64,000 nucleotides of DNA. Source: Mobula hypostoma (lineage: Eukaryota). The notes beneath the pieces are model-generated. The model searched no databases. It was not told the origin of the DNA and was given only the letters and a program-made list of their open reading frames with translations. This document shows positions 49,959 to 61,764 of this stretch, in pieces (within the stretch, counting starts at the first letter, position 1; every line of letters begins with the position of its first letter). Both the position numbers and the translations under genes were made by a program. The stretch is taken from the NCBI RefSeq assembly GCF_963921235.1, contig NC_086097.1, forward strand, positions 229,464,001-229,528,000, read 5' to 3'.

Positions 49959-52080
49959 CATAGAACATAGAATAGCACAGCACAGTACAGGCCGTTCGGC
50001 CCACAATGTTGTGCCGACCCTCAAACCCTGCCTCCCATATAAGCCCCCACCTTAGATTCCTCCATATACCTGTCTAGTAGTCTCTTAAGCTTCACTAGTG
50101 TATCTGCCTCCACCACTGACTCAGGCAGTGCATTCCACGCACCAACCACTCTCTGAGTAAAAAACCTTGCTCTAATATCCCCCTTGGACTTCCCACCCCT
50201 TACCTTAAAGCCATGTCCTCTTGTATTGAGCAGTGGTGCCCTGGGGAAGAGGTGCTGGCTATCCACTCTATCTATTCCTCTTATTATCTTGTACACCTCT
50301 ATCATGTCTCCTCTCATCCTCCTTCTCTCCAAAGAGTAAAGCCCTAGCTCCCTTAATCTCTGATCATAATGCATACTTTCTAAACCAGGCAGCATCCTGG
50401 TAAATCTCCTCTGTACCCTTTCCAGTGCTTCCACATCCTTCCTATAGTGAGGTGACCAGAACTGGACACAATACTCCAAGTGTGGCCTAACCAGAGTTTT
50501 ATAGAGCTGCATCATTACATCGCGACTCTTAAACTCTATCCCTCAACTTATGAAAGCTAACACCCCATAAGCTTTCTTAACTACCCTATCCACCTGTGAG
50601 GCAACTTTCAGGGATCTGTGGACATGTACCCCGAGGTCCCTCTGCTCCTCCACACTACCAAGTATCCTGCCATTTACTTTGTACTCTGCCTTGGAGTTTG
50701 TCCTTCCAAAGTGTACCACCTCACACTTCTCCGGGTTGAACTCCATCTGCCACTTCTCAGCCCACTTCTGCACCCAATCAATGCCTCTCTGCAATCTTTG
50801 ACAATCCTCTACACTATCTACAACACGACCAACCTTTGTGTCGTCTGCAAACTTGCCAACCCACCCTTCTACCCCCACATCTAGGTCGTTAATAAAAATC
50901 ACGAAAAGTAGAGGTCCCAGAACAGATCCTTGTGGGACACCACTAGTCACAATCCTCCAATCTGAATGTACTCCCTCCACCACCACCCTCTGCCTTCTGC
51001 AGGGAAGCCAATTCTGAATCCACCTGGCCAAACTTCCCTGGATTCCATGTCTTCTAACTTTCTGAATAAGCCTACGGTGTGGAACCTTGTCAAATGCCTT
51101 ACTAAAATCCATATAGATCACATCCACTGCACTACCCTCATCTACATGCCTGGTCACCTCCTCAAAGAACGCAATCAGGCTTGTTAGACACGATCTGCCC
51201 TTCACAAAGCCATGCTGACTGTCCCTGATCGGACCATAATTCTCTAAATGCCTATAGATCCTATCTCTAAGAATCTTTTCCAAAAGCTTTCCCACCACAG
51301 ACATAAGGCTCACTGGTCTATAATTACCTGGACTATCCCTACTACCTTTTTTGAACAAGGGAACAACATTCGCCTCCCTCCAATCCTCTGGTACCATTCC
51401 CGTGGACAACGAGGACATAAAGATCCTAGCCAGAGGCTCAGCAATCTCTTCCCTTGCCTCATGGAGCAGCCTGGGGAATATTCCGTCAGGCCCCGGGAAC
51501 TTATCTGTCCTAACGTATTTTAACAACTCCAACACCTCCTCTCCCTTAATATCAGCATGCTCCAGAACATCAACCTTACTCATATTGTCCTCACCATCAT
51601 CAAGTTCCCTCTCATTGGTGAATACCGAAGATAAGTATTCATTGAGGACCTCGCTCACTTCCACAGCCTCTAGGCACACCTTCCCACCTTTATCTCTAAT
51701 CGGTCCTACCTTCACTCTGTCATCCTTTTTTTCTTCACATAATTGAAGAATGCCTTGGGGTTTTCCTTTACCCTACTCGCCAAGGCCTTCTCATGCCCCC
51801 TTCTTGCTCTTCCCAGCCCCTTCTTAAGCTCCTTTCTTGCTTCCCTATATTCCTCAATAGACCCATCTGATCCTTGCTTTCTAAATCTCATGTATGCTGC
51901 CTTCTTCTTCCTGATTAGATTTTCCACCTCACTTGTCACCCATGGTTCCTTCACCCTACCATTCTTTATCTTCCTCACCGGGACAAATTTATCCCTTACA
52001 TCCCGCAAGAGATCTCTAAACATCGACCACATGTCCATAGTACATTTCCCTGCAAAAACATCATCCCAATTCACACCTGC
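49959..52080 (-). mobile_element. Young CR1 LINE, 2.1 kb, with RT domain
   Basis: NYRPVSL, QHGF, DFSKAFDKV, FADD; one frameshift (~51715) and one CGA>TGA stop (50543); caaaa TSD; splits an older + strand CR1 (49680-53210). Confidence 0.93.
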
Positions 52081-52120
52081 AAAAGGGCTTAGACAGGTTG
52101 GGAGAGTGGGTAAAATAGTA

Positions 52121-53010
52121 TGGCCATTAGATGTAGCGGCAGAATTAGCCCATTGAGTCTGATCTGCTATTTCATCATGACCGATCCAATTTTCCCTTCA
52201 GCTCCAATTTCCCCTTCAGCTCCAATTTCCTGCCTTCTCCCCATATCCTTCATGTCCGGACCAATCAAGAATCTTATCAACCTGTGCCTTAAATATACAT
52301 GAAGACTTGGCCTCCACAGCTGCCTGTGACAAAGAGTTCCACAGATTCACAGTTCTCTGGTTTAAGAAATTTCCTCATCTCCATTCTAAAAGGATGCCCC
52401 TCTAATCTGAGGCTGTGTCTTCTGGTCTTAGACTTTCTCACCATAGGAAACATGTTATCCACATCCACTCTATCAAAGCCTTTCACCATTCAATAGATTT
52501 CAATGAGGTCACCTTTCATTCTTCTGAATTCTAGTGAATACGGGCCCAGTGCCATCAAGCGCACTTCATATGACAACCCACTCAATTCTAGAAACATTTT
52601 TGTGACCCTCCTTTGAACCCTCTTCAGTTTCAGCATATCATTTCTAAGATAAGGGGCCCAAAACTGCTCTCAGTACTTCAAGTGAAGCCTCACCAGTGCT
52701 TCAGAAAGGCTCACCATTACACCCTTGTTTTTATGTTCTAGTCCTCTTAAAATAAAATGCTAACCTCACATTTGCTTTCCTTACCAAAGACTCAACCTGC
52801 ATATTAACCTTTAAGGAATCCTGCATAAGGACTCCCTAGTCCCTTTGCATTTGTTTTTTTTTGTATTTTCTCTCTATTTAGAAAATGTCAACCCTTTCAT
52901 TCCTTCGACCAAAGTGTATGACCATACACTTCCTGAAACTATTCCATCTGCCATTTCTTTGCCAATTCTCCTAATCTGTTTATAAGTCCTTCTGTAACTT
53001 CGCTACTTCC
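52121..53010 (-). mobile_element. Degenerate CR1 3' fragment
   Basis: KGFDRVDV..MFPMV..KTRRHSLRLEGHPFR; 18-bp tandem duplication at ~52187-52230. Confidence 0.78.
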
Positions 53011-53419
53011 CCAGATGGAGTCCAGTGTTGGATAGTGTGTTGTCATGTGTTGGAAGGAACAGTAGATTATTTTTAAATGGGGAGAGAATGCAAAAATTGG
53101 AGGTACAAAGGGACTAAGAAGTCCGAGTTCAATATTCCCTTAACGTTAACATGGTGGTTGAGCTAGTAGTAAGGAAGACAAATGCAGTGTTAGTCTTTTT
53201 GCGATGACTAGAACATAGGAAAGCTAGGTTAGGCCATAAAAAGCCCTTGGCAAGTAGGATTAAAGAGAATTGCAAGGGATTCCACATATATCTAATACAA
53301 TAGGAAAACTAGAGAGACAATAAAACCACTCAAGGGGTAAAGGAGAGAACATGTACTTGGTGTCTGGTATTTACAAAGAAGGGCATGAAGGATAGTGAGA
53401 TCAGTGTAGAACATGCTAC

Positions 53420-54153
53420 AGGAAAAGGGGAGGTGCAACGAGACCTGGGTGTCATTATACACCAGTCATTGAAAGTGGGCATGCAGGTACAGCAGGCAGT
53501 GAAAAAGGCGAACGGTATGCTGGCATTTATAGCGAGAGGATTCGAGTACAGGAGCAGGGAGGTACTACTGCAGTTGTACAAGGCCTTGGTGAGACCACAC
53601 CTGGAGTATTGTGTGCAGTTTTGGTCCCCTAATCTGAGGAAAGACATCTTTGCCATAGAGGGAGTACAAAGAAGGTTCACCAGATTGATTCCTTGGATGG
53701 GTGGTCTTTCATATGAAGAAAGACTGGATGAACTGGGCTTGTACTCGTTGGAATTTAGAAGATTGAGGGGGGATCTGATTGAAACGTATAAGATCCTAAA
53801 GGGATTGGACAGGCTAGATGCGGGAAGATTGTTCCCGATGTTGGGGAGGTCTAGAACGAGGGGTCACAGTTTGAGGATAGAGGGGAAGCCTTTTAGGACC
53901 GAGGTTAGGAAAAACTTCTTCACACAGAGAGTGGTGAATCTGTGGAATTCTCTGCCACAGCAAACTGTTGAGGCCAGTTCATTAGCTATGTTTAAAAGGA
54001 AGTTAGATATGGCCCTTGTGGCTACAGGGGTCAGGGGGTATGGAGGGAAGGCTGGGTTCTGAGTTGGATGATCAGCCATGATCATAATAAATGGCGGTGC
54101 AGGCTCGAAGGGCCGAATGGCCTACTCCTGCACCTATTTTCTATGTTTCTATG
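53420..54153 (+). mobile_element. Young 5'-truncated CR1 LINE
   Basis: Open frame GKGEVQRDLG..to stop at 54062; (ttctatgt)n tail; near-identical to 56035-56518. Confidence 0.92.
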
Positions 54154-54229
54154 TTAATACTAGAACATTTTGAGATAAAGAAAGAGGTAGGTTTGGATAT
54201 CTCAAGAACATTAAGCTGGCTGTGTCTCA

Positions 54230-54826
54230 TGTGCGTCTGGGAGCACCTCCGCACCATCCGCCAAAACATACAGGATCTCCCAGTAGCCACCCACTTCAAC
54301 TCTGCTTCCCACTCCCATTCAGATATGTCCATACATGGCCTCCTCTATTGCCATGATGAGGCTAAACTCAGGTTGGAGGAGCAACACCTCATATACCGTC
54401 TACGTAGTCTCCAGCCCCTTGGTATGAACATAGAATTCTCCAACTTCTGGTAATTCCCTCCCCCTCCCTTCCTCTATCCCTATGTCACTCTGCCCCCTCG
54501 CCCAGCTGCCTACCACCTCCCTCATGGTTCCGCCTCCTTCTACTACCCATTGTGTTTTCCCCTATTCTTTCTTCACCTTTCCTGCCTATCACCTCCCTGC
54601 CACCCTTCCCCCACCCCTTTATCTTTCCCCTTACTGGTTTTTCACCTGGAACCTACCAGCCTTCTCCTTCCCACCCTCTCCCCACCTTCTTTATAGGGCC
54701 TCTGCCCCTTCCCCCTACAGTCTTAATGTCGACTGATCGTTTCCACGAATGCTGCCCGACCTGCTGAGTTCCTGTAGCGTGTTGTGAGTGTTGCTTTGAC
54801 CCCAGCGTCTGCAGATTATTTTGTGT
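54230..54826 (+). mobile_element. Penelope-like 3' fragment with the hammerhead core deleted
   Basis: EHLRTI..PVATHFNS..LRLEEQHLIYRL; 'cagtcttaatgtcgactg' retains only stem I. Confidence 0.8.
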
Positions 54827-55279
54827 TTATTTATCAAGTGCCCTGCTGAAATCCATATTCAGTACATCTACTGCTCTACCTTCATCGATGTGTTTAGTCA
54901 CATTCTCAAAAAATTCAATCAGGCTTGTAAGGCACAATCTGACTTTGACAAAGCCATACTGACTGTTCTGAATCATATTATGCCTCTCCAAATGTTCATA
55001 AATCCTGCCACTCAGTCTTACTGAAGTAAGACTCACTGGTCTATAATTTCCTGGGCTATCTCTACTGCCTTTCTTGAATAAAGGAACAATATCCGCAACA
55101 CTCCAATCCTCCAGAATCTCTCCCGTCCCCATTGATGACGCAAAGATCAAAAGCTCCAGCACATCTTCTTTCTTAATATCTACATACTCAAGCTTTTCAG
55201 TCCGCTGTAAGTCCCCCTACAATCGCCAAGATCCATTTCTGTAGTGAATACTGAAGCAAAGTATTCATTAAGTACAGCT

Positions 55280-55502
55280 CAAACAACAGGAATTCTGCAG
55301 ATGCTGGAAATTCAAGCAACACACATCAAAGCTGCTGGAGAACGCGGCAGGCCAGGCAGCATCTCTAGGAAGAGGTACAGTCGACGTTTCAGGCCGAGAC
55401 CCTTTGTCCTGACGAAGGGTCTCGGCCTGAAACGTCAACTGTACCTCTTCCTAGAGATGCTGCCTGGCGTGCTGCGTTCACCAGCAACTTTGATGTGTGT
55501 TG
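55280..55502. mobile_element. 223-bp foldback mini-Penelope insertion
   Basis: 93-bp inverted arms (55316-55408 and 55411-55503), 6 mismatches, 2-nt spacer; TSD cattaagtac(a/g)gct at 55266-55279 and 55503-55516. Confidence 0.92.
55406..55440 (+). ncRNA. Hammerhead ribozyme motif at the foldback apex
   Basis: gtc-CTGACGA-agggtctcggcct-GAAA-cg-TC-aact; core intact, stem I weakened. Confidence 0.6.
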
Positions 55503-55802
55503 CATTAAGTACGGCTGCTGTCTCCTCTGGTTCCAGACACACTTTTCCACTGTCACACTTGATTGGTCGTATTCTCTCACATCTTATCCTCTTGCTCTTT
55601 CCATACTTGTAGAATGCCTTGGGGCTTTCCTTAATCCTGTCTGCCAAGGCCTTCTCATGGCCCCTTCTAGCTCTCCTAATTTCATTCTTAAGCTCCTTTC
55701 TGCTAGCCTTATAATCTTCTAGATCTCTATCATTACCTAGTTTTTTTGAACCATTCATAAGCTCTTCTTTTCTTCTTGACTAGATTTTCAACGGCCTTTG
55801 TT

Positions 55803-56034
55803 GGGCATGTGGCCAAGTGGTTAAGGTGTTTATCTAGTGATCTGAAGGTCGCTAGTTCGAGCCTCAGCTGTGACAGCGTGTTTGTGTCCTTGAGCAAGGC
55901 ACTTAATCACACATTGCTCTAGTGTCTGTGCGAGGAGTGGCACCCCACAGACTTCCAATCTGCGCCTTGTAAAGCATGAAAATGCCTGATGCAGGCCTCT
56001 CATGGTCTGAGTTAACATTCCCTCCCTCCCTCCC
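55803..56034 (+). mobile_element. tRNA-derived CORE-type SINE
   Basis: A box tggccaagtgg, B box gttcgagcc, CORE-like 'tgtgtccttgagcaaggcacttaatcac', (ccct)n tail. Confidence 0.8.
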
Positions 56035-56518
56035 TTCACCAGATTGATTCCTGGGATGGCAGGTCTTTCATATGAAGAAAGACTGGATGAACTGGGCTTG
56101 TACTCGTTGGAATTTAGAAGATTGAGGGGGGATCTGATTGAAACGTATAAGATCCTAAAGGGATTGGACAGGCTAGATGCAGGAAGATTGTTCCCGATGT
56201 TGGGGAGGTCTAGAACGAGGGGTCACAGTTTGAGGATAGAGGGGAAGCCTTTTAGGACCGAGGTTAGGAAAAACTTCTTCACACAGAGAGTGGTGAATCT
56301 GTGGAATTCTCTGCCACAGCAAACTGTTGAGGCCAGTTCATTAGCTATGTTTAAAAGGAAGTTAGATATGGCCCTTGTGGCTACAGGGGTCAGGGGGTAT
56401 GGAGGGAAGGCTGGGTTCTGAGTTGGATGATCAGCCATGATCATAATAAATGGCGGTGCAGGCTCGAAGGGCCGAATGGCCTACTCCTGCACCTATTTTC
56501 TATGTTTCTATGTTTCTA
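56035..56518 (+). mobile_element. Young CR1 3' fragment abutting the SINE
   Basis: FTRLIPGMAGLSYEERL..GGKAGF*; (ttctatgt)n tail. Confidence 0.92.
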
Positions 56519-57087
56519 TACCATGGTTCCTGTACCCTACCATCCTTTCCCTGTCTTATTGGAACGTACCTATGCAGAACTCCGCGCAAATATCCCCTGA
56601 ACATTTGCCACACTTCTTCCGTGCATTTCCCTGAGAACGTCTGTTCCCAATTTATGCTTCCAAGTTCCTGCCTGATAGACTCATGATTCCCTTTACTCCA
56701 ATTAAACGCTTTCCTAACTTGTCTGTTCCTATCCCTCTCCAGTGAGATGGAGATAGAATTATGATCGCTATCTCCAAAATGCTCTCCCACTGAGAGATCT
56801 GATACCTGACCAGGTTCATTTCCCAATACCAGATCAAGTACAGCTTCTCTTCTTGTAGGCTTATCTACATCTTGTGCCAAGAAACCTTCCTGAACACACC
56901 TAACAAACTCTACCCCATCTAAACTCTTCACTCTAGGGAGATGCCAATCGATATTTGGGAAAATAAAATCTTCCACCACAACAACCTTGTTTTTATTATG
57001 TTTCCAGAATTGTGTCTCCCTATTTTCTTCTCGATGTCCCTGTTACTATTCGGTGGTCTATAAAAAACCACCCAGTAGAGTTATAGG

Positions 57088-60000
57088 TAGATAGAATAGT
57101 ACAGCATATTACAGGCCCTTTGGCCCACAGTGTTGTGCTGACCCTCAAACCCTGCCTCCCATATCATCCCCCACCTTAAATTCCTCCATATACCTGTCTA
57201 TTAGTCTCTTAAACTTCACTAGTGTATCTGCCTCTACCACTGACTCAGGCAGTGCATTCCACGCACCAACCACTCTGAGTAAAAAACCTTCCTCTAATAT
57301 CCCCCTTGAACTTCCCACCCCTTATCTTAAAGCCATGTCCTCTTGTATTGAGCAGTGGTACCCTGGGGAAGAGGCGCTGGCTATCCACTATATCTATTCC
57401 TCTTAAAATCTAGTACACCTCTATCATGTCTCCTCTCATCCTCCTTCTCTCATCCTCCTTCTCTCCAAAGAGTAAAGCCCTAGCTCCCTTAATCTCTGAT
57501 CATAATGCATACTTTCTAAACCAGGCAGCATCCTGGTAAATCTCCTCTGTACCCTTTCCAGTGCTTCCACATCCTTCCTATAGTGAGGTGACCAGAACTG
57601 GACACAGTACTCCAAGTGTGGCCTAACCAGAGTTTTATAGAGCAGCATCATTACATCACGACTCTTAAACTCTATCCCTTGACTTATGAAAGCTAACACC
57701 CCATAAGCTTTCTTAACTGCCCCATCTACCTGTGAGGCAACTTTTAGGGATCTGTGGACATGTATCCCCAGATCCCTCTGCTCTTCCACACTACCACGTA
57801 TCCTGCCGTTTACTTTGTACTCTGCCTTGAAGTTTGTCCTTCCAAAATGTAACACTTCTCCAGGTTAAACTCCATCTGCCACTTCTCAGCCCACTTCTGC
57901 ATCCTATCAATGTCTCTGCAATCTTCGACAATCCTTTACGCTATCCACAACACCACCAACTTTTGTGTCGTCTGCAAACTTGCCAACCCACCGTTCTACC
58001 CCCATATCCAGGTCATTAATAAAAATCACGAAGAGTAGAGGTCCCAGGACACCACTAGTCACAACCCTCCAATCTGAATGTACTCCCTCCACCACCACCC
58101 TCCGCCTTCTGCAGGCAAGACAATTCTGAATCCACCTGGCGAAGCATCCCTGGATCTCATGCCTTCTGACTTTCTGAATAAGCCTACCATGTGGAACCTT
58201 GTCAAATGCCTTACAAAAATCCGTGTAGACACATCCACTGCACTACCCTCATCTATATGCCTGGTCACCTCCTCAAAGAACTCTATCAGGCTTGTTAGAC
58301 ACGATCTGCCCTTCACAAAGCCATGCTGACTGTCCCTGATCAGACCATGATTCTCTAAATGCCCAAAGATCCTATCTCTCAGAATCTTTTCCAACAACTT
58401 TCCCACCACAGACATAAGGCTCACTGGTCTGTAATTACCTGGACTAGCCCTACTACCTTTTTTGAACAAGGGGACAACATTCGCCTCCCTCCAATCCTCC
58501 GGTATCACATAAAGATCCTAGCCAGAGGCTCAGCAATCTCTTCCCTTGCCTCGTGGAGCAGCCTAGGGAATATTCTGTCAGGCCCCGGGGACTTATCCGT
58601 CCTAATGTATTTTAACAACTCCAACACCTCCTCTCCCTTAATATCAACGTGCTCCAGAACATCAACCTCACTCATATTGTCCTCACCGTCATCAAGTTCC
58701 CTTTCATTGGTGAATACCGAAGATAAGTATTCATTGAGGACATTGCTCACTTCCACAGCCTCCAGGCACATCTTCCCACCTTTATCTCTAGTCGGTCCTA
58801 CCTTCACTCCTGTCATCCTTTTTTTCTTCACCTAATTGAAGAATGCCTTGGGGTTTTCCTTTACCCTACTCACCAAGGCCTTCTCATGCCCCCTTCTTGC
58901 TCTTCCCAGCCCCTTCTTAAGCTCCCTTCTTGCTTCCCCATATTCCTCAATAGACCCATCTAATCCCTGCTTCCTAAGCCTCATGTATGCTGCCTTCTTC
59001 CACCTGATTAGATTTTCCACCTCACTTGTCACCCATGGTTCCTTCACCCTACCATTCTTTATCTTCCTCACCGGGACAAACTTATCCCTAACATCCTGCA
59101 AGAGATCACTAAACATCGACCACATGTCCATAGTACATTTCCCTGCAAAAACATCATCCCATTTCACACCCGCAAGTTCTAGCCTTATAGCCTCATAACT
59201 CGTATTTCCCTAATTAAAAATTTTCCTGTCCTGTCTGATTCTGTCCTTTTCCATGATAATGCTAAAGGCCAGAGAGCAGTGGTCACTGTCCCTCAGATGC
59301 TCACCCACTTAGAGATCTGTGATCTGACCTGGTTCATTACCTAATACTAGATCTAGTATGGCATTCCCCCTAGTCAGCCTGTCAACATTCTGTGGCAGGA
59401 AACCATCCTGGACACACTTAACAAACTCTGCCCCATCTAAACCCTTGGAACTAATCAGGTGCCAATTGATGTTAGGGAAGTTAAAGTCACCCATGATATT
59501 TTTGCACCTTTCCAAAATCTGCCTCCCAATCTGCTCCTTGGTATCTCTGCTGCTACCAGGGGGCCTATAGAATACTCCCAATAGAGTAACTGCTCCCTTC
59601 CTGTTCCTGACTTCCACCCATACTGACTCAAAAGAGGATCCTGCTACGTTACCCACCCACTCTGTAGCTGTAATTGTATCCCTAACCATTAATGCCACCC
59701 CTCCTCCTCTTTCCCCCCCTCTCTATCCCTTTTAAAGCACTGAAATCCAGGAATATTGAGAATCCATTCCTGCCCTGGTGCCAGCCAAGTCTCTGTAATG
59801 GCCACCACATCATAATTCCATGTATGTATCCAAGCTCTCAGTTCATCACCTTTGTTCCTGATGCTTCTTGCATTGAGGTACACACATTTCAGCCCTTCTA
59901 CCTTACTGTCTTTACACCGTTTATTCTGCTTCTCTTTCCTCAAAGCCTCTCTATATGTTAGATCTGGCTTTACTCCATGCACTTCTTTTACTGCCCTTTC

Positions 60001-60532
60001 GCTCTGGGTCCCATCCCCCTTGCAAATTAGTTTAAACCCTCCCGAACCATGCTGGCAAAGCTACCTACAAGGATATTGCTCCCCTTCGAGTTCAGGTGCA
60101 ACCCATCCAATTTGTACAGGTCCCACCTTCCCCAGAAGAGATCCCAATGATCCAAAAATCTAAAACCCTGCCCCCCTGCACCAACTCCTCAGCCACGCAT
60201 TCAACTGCCATCTCCTCCAATTCTTACCCTCACTATCACATAGCACTAGCAGCAATCTTGAGAACGCCACCCTTGAGGTCCTGTTCTTCAGCTTTCTGCT
60301 TAGTTCCCGAAACTCACACTTCAGGACCTCATCCCTCTCGTACCAGGATGTCGTGCACCTGGTCAGAGACGTCCCGGACCCGAGCACCCAGGAGGCAACA
60401 AACCATGCGGGTGTCCTTCTCACGCCCACAAAATCTCATGTCTGCTCCCCTGACTATAGAGTCTCCAATGACGGCAACTCTCCTCTTCTCCATCCCACCC
60501 TTCTGTACCACAGGGTCAGACTCAGTGCCAGA
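57088..60532 (-). mobile_element. Long CR1 LINE: ORF1 SGNH-esterase remnant plus disrupted ORF2
   Basis: VAVIGDSIVRG (ORF1); YLNARSIRNK..ITETW, FYRPP, GDFN (endonuclease); RT with FADD; several deletions and a 14-bp duplication near 57435-57465. Confidence 0.9.
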
Positions 60533-61133
60533 TTCCCCTTCCTCTTCCTAATTTCCACCCACAGAGACGCCATAGACAATCCCTCCATGACTTCCTCCTT
60601 TTCTGCAGCCGTGACACTATTTTCTGATCAGCAGTGCCGTGCCTCCACCTTTTTTGCCTCCCTTCCTTTCCTTTCTGAAACATCTCAAGGCTGGCACTCG
60701 TAGTAACTATTCCTGCCCCTGAGCCATCCAAGTCTCTGTAATGGCCACAACATCATAGCACCAAGTACTGATCCACGCTCTAAGCTCATCCACTTTGTTC
60801 ATAATACTCCTTGCATTAAAATAGACACAAATCAAACCGTCTTGTAGATAGTTAGATCAAATCAGTTAAGCAACTTAAATTATTTGAAGCAGTGGGTATT
60901 AATTGGGTAAGAGAATGGAGTAATATTCCATATGATGCTTCGGAACTCAGCCTAACTTTAGCTATGTGGATAGAGGATAGATAAGTTTTACTTTTAATGG
61001 GCTTTATGCATTCATTAGATTCTTGTAAATCCTGGTAGGTTCCTCTAGAGTAATAGGTTTGTCTGGATTAATCAATGAATTTAATTACGATTGGGAGCCA
61101 TAAAATAAAATGGAATTACCTATTCCTTTCCAG

Positions 61134-61202
61134 CTGGGACATCAGATCAATTCAGATTTGGACTGTTACAGGAAGCGCAAAATGGGGAAACATGGCTAAA
61201 TG
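61134..61202 (+). CDS. ZBTB10: ZBTB10 69-nt coding exon (phase 1 to phase 1)
   Basis: Acceptor 'cctattcctttccag', donor 'G|gtaagt'; encodes (A)GTSDQFRFGLLQEAQNGETWLN(G); in phase with the 49112 donor and similar to the recalled human segment GTS.DFKYGLLPE..ETWENG. Confidence 0.82.
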
Positions 61203-61764
61203 GTAAGTATTTTCAAAGTCAAATTTGAATGTCATATTGAGCAAAACAAAAAAAGTGACATGTGTATAAATCGTGCAACAATGTGTTCTGATACAAGTAT
61301 GTTTCCTGTCTATAAATATGTGCTATTTTTTTCCATGATTTCTCATTGTAAAATTCAACATAAACTTTACTGAATAGAATTCCAGTGGGTAAAACAAACT
61401 AGAATTGGTATTTCTTTTTAAAAATGAAGAAGTTACAGCCAGTGAATTATTTTTATACCTACAATTAAATTTTAATTGTGAGAAAGAAATCACCATCCTA
61501 AAATAAGGTATAATAGAGTTGAAGCTTAATTGGGTCATCTAGTATGTAGTATATCAGTTTCCAAGATTTTCCATTACCATTTGGTAGCTTCCAGACAATA
61601 CTGACAGGTTGCTTAGTAGTTAAGGAAGAGCAAAGAGGTGTTGAGAAATATTGATACAAGTAAAGTTTCTAAATATAATCAATATGTACATACATACTCC
61701 AACCAGTGTTCATTTTGTTGCCTTTTATTGCACCAAAAGCCATTCTGTATCAAGGATGTTGTTT

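Larger units (their letters stand above)
54827..60840 (-). mobile_element. Older CR1 LINE hosting nested insertions
   Basis: Colinear pieces at 54827-55279, 55503-55801, 56519-57084 and 60533-60840 read from RT back to endonuclease. Confidence 0.78.

Noticed and set aside
55803..55875. tRNA gene
   Set aside because: A and B boxes run into a CORE domain and a repeat tail; no convincing cloverleaf. It is a SINE head.
55985..56016. Hammerhead-like 'ctgatgc-aggcc-tctcat-ggtct-gagt' in the SINE tail
   Set aside because: It lacks the CTGANGA and GAAA boxes; more likely a LINE-recognition stem-loop.
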